A stretch of DNA of 60,866 bases, the filler included, from Candidatus Tectimicrobiota bacterium (lineage in GTDB: Bacteria > JACPSX01): assembly GCA_016193065.1 (NCBI GenBank). It is 11 parts of 11 records of this genome, joined end to end, with 100 filler letters (N's around TTAATTAATTAA, not from the genome) between each part and the next. Parts side by side here need not be neighbours in the genome. Positions count along the whole stretch, not along the records: positions 52,734 to 56,806 come from JACPSX010000241.1; positions 56,907 to 60,866 come from JACPSX010000257.1; 9 more parts are not named here. One strand, given 5' to 3'. Below the pieces are notes generated by a model. It worked only from the letters and a program-made list of their open reading frames with translations. It did not search any database and was not told the DNA's origin. This document shows, piece by piece, positions 53,570-60,866 of this stretch (positions are counted from its first letter, which is position 1; each line of letters opens with the position of its first letter). A program made the position numbers and the translations under genes.

Positions 53570-54961
53570 TCATTTCATAGGGAGCAGACGGTCTCTGTGG
53601 AAGAGCAGAACCTCCTGTTCTTGAGCCAGCCGTTTCATGGCAGGTGTGAAGCTGCTGCGGCTGAAGAGGCAAAAATGCTCTTTTCTTCCTTTTTTTCCCC
53701 ACTCCACCTGACGAGCCTTCCCCTGCAAGGACTCATAGATGTCGGTTCCTACGGGCTTGGTGCTCCACTTGGCTTCTCCGAAGAGAATCGCATTCTCCGA
53801 GTCGTTTACGCCCACGAGGTCGATCTCCTGATTCCGGTCCCACCAGCGGCCGATGCGCTGTAGAGGGAAAAGATCCTCTTCGTGTTTCCGGACCACGTGC
53901 GCACTCACCCGTTCGTAGGTGGAAGCTACCAAGCGATCAAAGGTGCGCCTCCATGCTCTGAGCGCCACAGCGGTTTCTCCCAACTCCAGGTCACTCTTGT
54001 GCGGAAATACGTACTCGAACCAGAAGACAAAGAAAGGATCCTGTAATCGGTAAAGGCCCTTCTTGGAGCGCTGCGGGTTCTTCTCGGTGGCGGGGACTTC
54101 CTTCTCGATCAGGTGAAGATCCTCGAGGACATGGAGATACTTTGTGAGGGTGTTCTTCTCCTGTTGGGTATCGTTGACAATTTCCCCGAACTTTCTCTTC
54201 CCCGAGGTAACAGCCTTGAGTATGGCCAGATAATTGCGGGGCTCTCTCAGCTCTTCCCGGAGAAAATACTCTACTTCCCGGTGGAGGAACTCCTCTTTCG
54301 TGAAGATCTGGGAGCGAATGTTTTCTTCCAGGGATTCCTCGGGATCAAAGCGGATCAGGTATGCCGGAGTCCCACCAAGGACGGCGTACAGGTACAGAAA
54401 ATCCTCGAAGGCGGTCTTGGGAAAGAATTTCCAGGCGTCGTAAAAGCCCATGGGTTCCAGAAAGATCTGCCCTGTTCTTCTCCCGTACAGAGGAGCCTTG
54501 TGGGCGAGCGTCTCGGACTCCATCATGGAGATGCTGGAGCCGCAAAGAATGAGGAAAATGGGCAGATGACGAAGGGTCTCATCCCAGCCTTTCTGGAACA
54601 GAGAGGAAATGGCGCGGTTGTTTTCCGCCAGGTAGGGGAATTCGTCTATGACCCAGATGAAGGGTTCCCGGACCTTTCTCTTGAGATAGGCAAAGACGCT
54701 CAGCCAGTCGGAAAATCCCTCCCGGCTCAGGAATTCATCGCGGAAGAAGGCGCTGAAGCGAGCCGCAAGTTCTTTGAGATGAGCTGGCTCCGGCCGGCGG
54801 TCGGCGACGTAGTAGACGGCGGGTTTTTTCTGCAAGAAGCGATGGATCAGTTCGGTTTTTCCCACCCGCCGCTTGCCGTAAAGGATGATCAGTTGAGCTT
54901 GGGAACGTTTCCACTGAGTTTCCAGGAAGGATAGCTCCCGTTCCCGGTCGATGAATTCCAC
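53570..54961 (-). CDS. archaeal-type AAA ATPase with wHTH and DUF234 PD-(D/E)xK domain
   Basis: FIDREREL, YGKRRVGKT, IDEFPYL, CGSS, PLYGRRT, GGTPAYL, GRWW, EIDLV, GEAKW. Confidence 0.9.
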   Translation of the reverse strand: MEFIDRERELSFLETQWKRSQAQLIILYGKRRVGKTELIHRFLQKKPAVYYVADRRPEPAHLKELAARFSAFFRDEFLSREGFSDWLSVFAYLKRKVREPFIWVIDEFPYLAENNRAISSLFQKGWDETLRHLPIFLILCGSSISMMESETLAHKAPLYGRRTGQIFLEPMGFYDAWKFFPKTAFEDFLYLYAVLGGTPAYLIRFDPEESLEENIRSQIFTKEEFLHREVEYFLREELREPRNYLAILKAVTSGKRKFGEIVNDTQQEKNTLTKYLHVLEDLHLIEKEVPATEKNPQRSKKGLYRLQDPFFVFWFEYVFPHKSDLELGETAVALRAWRRTFDRLVASTYERVSAHVVRKHEEDLFPLQRIGRWWDRNQEIDLVGVNDSENAILFGEAKWSTKPVGTDIYESLQGKARQVEWGKKGRKEHFCLFSRSSFTPAMKRLAQEQEVLLFHRDRLLPMK

Positions 54962-54981
54962 CTTTGCCCGTTCCTCCAAGG

Positions 54982-55016
54982 ATCCTACTCACGAGTAGGA
55001 TACTCCAGAGTAGGAT
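54982..55016. promoter_or_regulatory. tandem palindromic operator upstream of the ATPase
   Basis: ATCCTACTC-AC-GAGTAGGAT overlapping TACTC-CA-GAGTA. Confidence 0.55.
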
Positions 55017-55081
55017 TTCCTGCAAGGACGGAAGATGGCTCACCCCGAGCGGGAAACGTATTTGTTTATAAGGAGTTTCCG

Positions 55082-56257
55082 TCAGCAGACCGTGATCTCC
55101 GGAGCCAGGGATATGAGCGGTTGTAGCCCCTCTCGGGTGGCCTGATAGGGCCTGGCCAGCAACGCGCTGGACAACCCGGGTCCGTGAGCGCAGAGGCGGA
55201 CTGTCAGGATCATTCCCTCCTGAAGAGTGGACGAGTTGGTCTCTACAAGAATAGGTGCTTCATCCGGATCAAGGCCAAGACCATTCCCGAAGCCGTAGGT
55301 CCGCAGGGAAGCAGAAAGCTGCCTGGATAATAGCGTGGGGTCATCGATCTGGGAAACGGTGTTAGAGATCGGCTTCCCGGGACCCAGTTCCTGAACCAGA
55401 CGACCGTGGATTTCTTTGAGACGCTCGTGGGCGGAGCGAATTTCTGCCGGAGGGTTGCCCAGGTAAAAGGTCTGGCCTACCTCGGACCAGTAGCGCTGGT
55501 AGGCGACGGATACGTAGAGAAGAACCGTGTCACCGGAAGAGAAAGGTGATCCATCAGGGGGCCTCAAACCGATCTCGGGCTCCGATCCCCGGGCGAGGAG
55601 GATCCGGACGTCCTCGGCCCCGCCAAGACGTGCGACTCGTTCGGCGGCGGCAGCGGCCTGGTATTCCTTGTTCCCTGCGCGGCATTCTTTGTGGAAGGCG
55701 AGAGCGGCCTGCTCGGCAAGCGTGGAAGCCTCGCGGATCAGGGCAAGTTCTCTCTCCGTCTTGACCAGGCGCAAGGGATCCAGAAGATGGGTCCATTCCT
55801 GAAACCGGGCTCCTGGAACAACCTGTCGCAGCGCTTTTACCTCTCCAGCACCGAGCTGTTCTGTGAGGCACGCGAGCCCGACGGTGCGGGGAGAGAGGCC
55901 CCGCTTTTTGAGGAAGTCCTGCAAACCCTTGTCGTACCTGGAGAGGGAGGCGACCTCCTTCATCCAGGTGATCGTGCTCGAAAAGGGTAGGTTCCGGCTG
56001 GGCTCCTTGACGATGAGGGCTGGGTCGCGTTCCGCGGGCACGAGCGCCAGCGCCCCGCGGTTCTTGGGGAGGTAGTGGCTCACGTAGGCCAGGTTTCCGT
56101 AGCGGTAGGAATCTCCGTAGACCAGGAGCAAGTCGGTGTTGTGAACCGTCATCTGCTTGCGGATGGCCGTGAGCCTCTTCTCGAATTCCTCCCGGGGCAG
56201 GCGCTCACGGTCCCAGATGCTGAGGCCGCGCTTGAGTGCGGGGTGCAGGGTTTCCAT
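55082..56257 (-). CDS. M24/creatinase-fold protein with degenerate active site
   Basis: Creatinase-N-like domain, RLVKTEREL; GNGLGL in place of GHGxG. Confidence 0.8.
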   Translation of the reverse strand: METLHPALKRGLSIWDRERLPREEFEKRLTAIRKQMTVHNTDLLLVYGDSYRYGNLAYVSHYLPKNRGALALVPAERDPALIVKEPSRNLPFSSTITWMKEVASLSRYDKGLQDFLKKRGLSPRTVGLACLTEQLGAGEVKALRQVVPGARFQEWTHLLDPLRLVKTERELALIREASTLAEQAALAFHKECRAGNKEYQAAAAAERVARLGGAEDVRILLARGSEPEIGLRPPDGSPFSSGDTVLLYVSVAYQRYWSEVGQTFYLGNPPAEIRSAHERLKEIHGRLVQELGPGKPISNTVSQIDDPTLLSRQLSASLRTYGFGNGLGLDPDEAPILVETNSSTLQEGMILTVRLCAHGPGLSSALLARPYQATREGLQPLISLAPEITVC

Positions 56258-56308
56258 AACTCCTCCTGAATGCAAAATTCAAAACATCGGTTACATCCGG
56301 CTGAATTT

Positions 56309-56482
56309 CCCCCCTCACCCTGACCCTCTCCTCCTTTGGAGACTGTGTCGCAATCCGCCGTTCGCCCTTCGACAAGCTCAGGACGAACGGCTAAGTGATT
56401 GAATTTCGGGTCTCCTTGTCCGTTCGTGGTGAGCCTGTCGAACCATGGACGGACTTATGACACAATCTCTTGGGGGCGAGGG
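56309..56482. mobile_element. nested repeats: MITE (56339-56469) inserted in a CCCTCTCC hairpin and carrying a REP doublet
   Basis: TIR GAGACTGTGTCGCAA / TTATGACACAATCTC (12/15), TTG on both flanks, inner inverted repeat 56368-56390 / 56420-56442 (20/23). Confidence 0.65.
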
Positions 56483-56509
56483 AAAAATTCGGTAAGGGCA
56501 GGGCATCAT

Positions 56510-56806
56510 TTAGATCTCGATGGAGAAGAGCTTTGGCTCGGTTTTTGTCAGCAGCTCGTGGCCGCTGTCGGTAATCTGCACGGTGTCGCCGAGCAACAGG
56601 TAGCCCGTTTCCGGAATGTACTGGTTCGGGTGAACGACGAAAACCATCCCGGGTTTGATTTCGGACTGATTCTCCTCTACGATCTCTTCAAACGGCATGG
56701 TGCGATATCCGAGCCCGTGGCCTCTCACTCGCATGTACGGGGGCCGGCAGTATTCCGCGTATCCCGCGTTGCCAAAGACCTGATTCATGGCAACGGCGAT
56801 CTCGCC
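56510..56806 (-). CDS. M24-family protein C-terminus (5'-partial)
   Basis: RGHGLGY, PGMVFVVHPNQY, GDTVQITDSG..LLT. Confidence 0.8.
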   Translation of the reverse strand, partial: GEIAVAMNQVFGNAGYAEYCRPPYMRVRGHGLGYRTMPFEEIVEENQSEIKPGMVFVVHPNQYIPETGYLLLGDTVQITDSGHELLTKTEPKLFSIEI

Positions 56807-56906
56807 NNNNNNNNNNNNNNNNNNNNNNNNNNNNNNNNNNNNNNNNNNNNTTAATTAATTAANNNNNNNNNNNNNNNNNNNNNNNNNNNNNNNNNNNNNN
56901 NNNNNN

Positions 56907-57128
56907 CTGCGCCAGGCGGCTTCCCAGTACCTGGGCACCCTGCGGGACGTTCGTCCCGTATTGCGGGGAAACGACCTGATCGGGCTTGGGCTGGAGCCGG
57001 GACCGCGGTTCAAGGAGATTCTGGAGAGGCTTCGGGAGGCCAGACTGAACGGGGAGGTACGCAGCCGGGAGGACGAGGAGGCGATCGTAAGAAGGGAATT
57101 CGGTCATGGCCGGCCATATTTTTCCTAG
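56907..57128 (+). CDS. tRNA nucleotidyltransferase/poly(A) polymerase family C-terminus (5'-partial)
   Basis: LRGNDLIGLGLEPGPRFKEILERLREARLNGEVRSREDE. Confidence 0.78.
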   Translation: MRQAASQYLGTLRDVRPVLRGNDLIGLGLEPGPRFKEILERLREARLNGEVRSREDEEAIVRREFGHGRPYFS

Positions 57129-57281
57129 GGATTTCGGGTTGACCTTTCCCGCAATGGAAAGGGATGTGGTAGACTCTTGCGTAGAGGGGAAAAAGAGCTG
57201 GAAATTGAGCACCCCGGCTGCAGGTCAGCCTACGGGGAAGAGGGGGGGTCCAGGTAACCCACGAACGACAAGGAGGGACCT

Positions 57282-57695
57282 ATGGCTGAAGCGATCCGTC
57301 TAGTCGACTACTTCTACATTGAGACGCCGGACAAACCCGGAGAGGCTGTACGGGTCCTGAACCAGCTCAAGGATGCGGGGGTCAATCTCCTGGCGTTCTC
57401 GGGCTTCCCGAAGGGACGGCGGGCCCAACTGGATTTCGTCCCTGCCGATCCGGCCGCCTTCAAGGCCGTTGCGAAGAAGAACAAGTGGAAGGCTACGGGG
57501 CCTAAGAAGTGCTTCCACATTCAAGGGGACGACCGAGTCGGGGCGCTGGCCGAGGTCATGCAGAAGCTGGTTGAAGCCAAGATCAACGTCACGGCCACCG
57601 ATGCGGTCTGTGCCGGAGAGAATTATTACGGAGTCATCCTCTGGGTGAAACCGCTGGATGTCAGGCGGGCTGCGAAAGCATTGGGGATCTCGTAG
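57282..57695 (+). CDS. tandem ACT-domain protein
   Basis: PDKPGEAVRVLNQLKDAGVNL and DDRVGALAEVMQKLVEAKINV. Confidence 0.8.
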   Translation: MAEAIRLVDYFYIETPDKPGEAVRVLNQLKDAGVNLLAFSGFPKGRRAQLDFVPADPAAFKAVAKKNKWKATGPKKCFHIQGDDRVGALAEVMQKLVEAKINVTATDAVCAGENYYGVILWVKPLDVRRAAKALGIS

Positions 57696-57707
57696 CAGAT
57701 CGAGAGC

Positions 57708-57754
57708 AGAGGTGGGGCTTACGCTAGGAGGGTGCGGGCTCCACCTCTTTTTTT
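57708..57754 (+). terminator. intrinsic terminator
   Basis: AGAGGTGGGGC...GCTCCACCTCT followed by a T run. Confidence 0.6.
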
Positions 57755-57896
57755 ACCTGCCATTCAACCACCCCAGTGTTCTGAGGACGTTTGACATCAC
57801 CGGGGGGCTCTGGTAATTAGTAGCCTTTCGACTCCGGGGATGAGGGGAATCCAGGGAGTTGGTTGCAGGGATATCCCGGGTGAAGGCAGGAGAGGC

Positions 57897-58598
57897 ATGG
57901 ACATTCGTTCTCTGGTGCTGACAATTTCCATCGTGGCAGTTCCCATTATCGTGGCCATCGTGCTCCACGAAGTGGCTCATGGTTGGGTTGCCTGGCGGCT
58001 CGGGGACCCGACGGCAAAAATGCTCGGACGCCTGACCCTGAATCCTCTCGCTCACGTGGATATTTTTGGAACGATTCTCCTGCCGCTGATCCTGCTCCTG
58101 TCCCGTTCCGGGATCCTGTTCGGTTACGCCAAGCCCGTTCCCGTCAACTTCCTCAATCTCCGCAGGCCCAAGCAGGATATGGTCTGGGTTGCGGCGGCAG
58201 GCCCCGCCATGAACCTTGTCCTGGCGCTGTTGGGCGGAATTGCTTTCCGTGTCTTGATGGGGATGGGGTCCGACCTGCCTGTGCGGGGCACGCAGACAGG
58301 TGTCCCCTTGAGCGCTTACTTTCTCCAGCCTGTCCTCTTAATGCTCATCAAGGGAGTTCAAATCAACGTGCTTCTGGCCGTCTTTAATCTGATCCCGATC
58401 CCTCCCGCCGATGGTGGCCGGATTCTGGTGGGATTGCTTCCGCCGGGACCCGCCCGGCTCGTGAGCCAGGTCGAGCCGGTCGGGATGGTCTTGCTTATGG
58501 TTTTTCTCCTCTTCGATCCGTTAAACCTGTTTAGTCACACGGTGCTTTCGGTGATCCACAGCTTGACCCTCTTTTTCCTCGGCACCTGGAGGCTGTAA
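57897..58598 (+). CDS. site-2 protease (M50)
   Basis: LHEVAHG, GDPTA, TLNPLAH, AAAGP, FNLIPIPPADGGRI. Confidence 0.93.
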   Translation: MDIRSLVLTISIVAVPIIVAIVLHEVAHGWVAWRLGDPTAKMLGRLTLNPLAHVDIFGTILLPLILLLSRSGILFGYAKPVPVNFLNLRRPKQDMVWVAAAGPAMNLVLALLGGIAFRVLMGMGSDLPVRGTQTGVPLSAYFLQPVLLMLIKGVQINVLLAVFNLIPIPPADGGRILVGLLPPGPARLVSQVEPVGMVLLMVFLLFDPLNLFSHTVLSVIHSLTLFFLGTWRL

Positions 58599-58601
58599 TT
58601 T

Positions 58602-59546
58602 ATGGAGAAGAAGCGAGTTCTCAGCGGGATGAGGCCTTCCGGAAAGCTCCATCTGGGAAACTTTCTGGGAGCGCTAAGCAACTGGAATGATCTGCAACAG
58701 GACTACCAGTGCTTTTTCTTCATTGCGGATTGGCATGCTCTTACCTCGGACTATGCGGATACCTCCGAAATTAAGAATCCGGAAAAAAGCACTCTGTTCA
58801 TCCAATCGCGGGTGCCAGAACACGCCGAACTCCACCTTCTTCTGTCCATGATTACCCCCTTGCCCTGGTTGGAGCGGGTCCCCTCCTACAAGGAGCAGCG
58901 CCAGGAAATCAAGGACAAGGACCTGGAGACCTACGGGTTCCTGGGATATCCCGTCCTGCAGGCCGCGGACATTATCATCTACAAGGCTGACTTTGTCCCG
59001 GTGGGAATTGACCAGGCCCCCCATGTGGAAATGACCCGGGAGATCGTCCGCCGCTTCAACAACCTGTACAAGAAGACCGTGTTCTCCGAGCCGGCGGTTC
59101 TATTGACCGAGGTTCCCAAACTGGCGGGAACCGATGGCCGGAAGATGAGCAAAAGCTACAACAATGCGATCTATCTCTCTAACCCTCCCAAAGTCATCGA
59201 GGGAAAGCTCAAGACCATGATGACGGACCCCCAGCGGGTGCGGCGAACAGATCCGGGCAACCCCGATGTCTGCCCGGTTTTCTCACTTCACAAGATCTTT
59301 TCCTCGGACGAGGAGAGGGCGAACATAGACCCGGCCTGCCGCACGGCGGCCATTGGCTGCATTGATTGCAAGGAAATCCTGGCCAAGAACCTGCTGGCCC
59401 GGATGAGCCCCGTCTACGAAAAACGGACCCGGCTGGCGGAAAAACCCTCCGATGTCCTGGAAATCCTTGAAAATGGAAGTCAAAGGGCGCGGCAGGTGGC
59501 TGCCAGGACCCTGGCGGAGGCCAGAGAGGCAATGAAAATCGATTGA
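58602..59546 (+). CDS. trpS: tryptophanyl-tRNA synthetase (apparent in-frame deletion near 58776)
   Basis: SGMRPSGKLHLGN, ADWHALT, YPVLQAADI, VPVGIDQ, KMSKS. Confidence 0.96.
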   Translation: MEKKRVLSGMRPSGKLHLGNFLGALSNWNDLQQDYQCFFFIADWHALTSDYADTSEIKNPEKSTLFIQSRVPEHAELHLLLSMITPLPWLERVPSYKEQRQEIKDKDLETYGFLGYPVLQAADIIIYKADFVPVGIDQAPHVEMTREIVRRFNNLYKKTVFSEPAVLLTEVPKLAGTDGRKMSKSYNNAIYLSNPPKVIEGKLKTMMTDPQRVRRTDPGNPDVCPVFSLHKIFSSDEERANIDPACRTAAIGCIDCKEILAKNLLARMSPVYEKRTRLAEKPSDVLEILENGSQRARQVAARTLAEAREAMKID

Positions 59547-59812
59547 TGTCCGTTCCTTGAAGGCTCTTCCAACATCTCGATTTCTCCGCTTTTCCCTACC
59601 CAAAAGGTTACCCCCTGATCGTCCAAAGCCCAAAATTTATGTTGAAAATAGCCACGATCTTCCTGATAATAGGGCCGCTTCCTCCCATCCCGCTTCGGTT
59701 GGAGGACTGGCGCACAAAAAAAATCTTCATATCTCCTTAAAGTTCTCGAGAAAATCGTCGATGTGTAGGATCAGAGTCTTTCTGTGCTGTGGAATTTTGA
59801 TACAGAGGGCCT

Positions 59813-60866
59813 GTGAAAAAAGACGTTAGCTGTCTCAATACAAAGGCAATTCTGGAATATGTTCGCCGCCACAACGGCGGGGATTTGAAATCCCTCTTGG
59901 ACCATCTTGATCCCGAGCTCGACCACCAAAAAGACCTGGAGAAGTTCCTCACGGACCCGAACAATTGGGTCTCGTCCGGGGTCTTCTCCGAGCTCTGCCG
60001 CAGGGCTCGCGAGATTTTCCATGATGACCGTGTGGCATTCAAGATTGGCTTTGAATCCGTGAGTGCCCAGAGGCTTGGCTATATCCAAAGGATCTTTGTC
60101 CGCATGTTCCGGCACCCCCGGGATGGTGTCCAAAAAGTCCAGGTCGTCAATGACAAATTTAATCAGACCAAGAGGATTGAAATTGTAAAGAATACCCATG
60201 GACAAGCCGTTCTCCGGCTCCACTGGTTCCCAGGCCTGGAACTGAACAAGGATTTTTGCTACATCAACCAAGGTGTCTATTCCGCCATTGCCACGATCTG
60301 GGACATACCACCATCCGAAGTGGTTGAATCCTGTTGTTTTTTTGAAGGTGGTCCTTACTGCGAGTATACGATCTCCTGGGCCAAACAATCGTTGCTGAAG
60401 GGGGTCTGGTCCTGGCTTTTTGCCTCGCGGAACCTTCTCCAGGAAGCTGTAGCCGAGATGGAGGAGGACAAGATCCTGCTCCAGAAGAAATATGAAGAAG
60501 TCTATGACCTCAACAGTGAGCTGAAGCGCAGGCTCGATCAGCTCGTAAGTCTCCAGGAGACCAGCCGAGCGATCGTCTCAATTCTCGACGTGGGGAATCT
60601 CCTCACCTCGGTGATGAGGCTGCTCACGCAAACGATCGGTTTTGAGCGGGCCATTCTCATGCTTGTCGATGAGGACAAGAGAGTTCTCAGATACGCCTAT
60701 GGGGTCGGTGCCGAGAAAAGCATCGAACGGGCTTTCCACAATTACGAGATCCCCATGGATCGGGCAAGCAATATCCTCGTGCGTGTGGCCAATACCGGGA
60801 TTCCGGCCTTCATCGGGGATGCATCGCTGGCCCCGCTGAACAAGGAAAACCCCATCCTCAGGATCT
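59813..60866 (+). CDS. sensor protein with V4R/H-NOX-like N-terminal domain and GAF domain (3'-partial; absent from ORF track)
   Basis: Manual translation from GTG: KKDVSCLN...NNWVS...FCYINQG...ESCCFFEGGPYCEYTISW, coiled coil, GAF (GFERAILMLVDE); open to the window end. Confidence 0.75.
   Translation, partial: MKKDVSCLNTKAILEYVRRHNGGDLKSLLDHLDPELDHQKDLEKFLTDPNNWVSSGVFSELCRRAREIFHDDRVAFKIGFESVSAQRLGYIQRIFVRMFRHPRDGVQKVQVVNDKFNQTKRIEIVKNTHGQAVLRLHWFPGLELNKDFCYINQGVYSAIATIWDIPPSEVVESCCFFEGGPYCEYTISWAKQSLLKGVWSWLFASRNLLQEAVAEMEEDKILLQKKYEEVYDLNSELKRRLDQLVSLQETSRAIVSILDVGNLLTSVMRLLTQTIGFERAILMLVDEDKRVLRYAYGVGAEKSIERAFHNYEIPMDRASNILVRVANTGIPAFIGDASLAPLNKENPILRI

Noticed and set aside
53391..53702. 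N-terminal extension of the YciI ORF
   Set aside because: Overlaps the ATPase 3' end and lacks YciI features; the ATG at 53390 gives a normal length.
59771..60388. 205-aa minus-strand ORF
   Set aside because: Antisense to the V4R-GAF sensor gene.

Overview
This window is not one continuous locus. It is 11 short contig fragments of a GC-rich bacterial genome, probably a MAG, joined by ten 100-nt N linkers that contain TTAATTAATTAA. Gene adjacency is meaningful only within a fragment. Core genes: leuC-leuD-asd; der, amidase, ahcY, metK and a ptsI-ptsH-EIIA-rapZ-hprK cluster; CCA-enzyme tail, ACT protein, site-2 protease and trpS. Accessory genes: acr3-arsC-arsP'; a GAF adenylate cyclase; a heme-c sensor kinase/archaemetzincin/sigma54-regulator operon; M48 proteases, one carrying a novel three-copy helical repeat; a lipase-like protein plus a beta-propeller; and IclR-DapA-like genes. 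One fragment carries a periplasmic amidohydrolase/GGT/DUF6305/DctM-like/aspartoacylase cluster. Two fragments look like defence islands (MTase, NYN, AbiEi/AbiEii, stubs of DUF1156 and BrxL, BrnT-BrnA-XRE, and a HerA-like ATPase with a PD-(D/E)xK nuclease). The best novelty candidates are: (1) two TA cassettes each bracketed by duplicated 3' ends of host genes; (2) the DUF6305/DctM uptake-hydrolysis module; (3) the HerA-like ATPase-nuclease pair; (4) an NYN RNase behind a promoter-leader-terminator RNA. Short internal deletions in ahcY, trpS, the DapA-like gene and the AbiEii-like gene are probably assembly artefacts. All family calls come from motif recognition by eye, not database searches.
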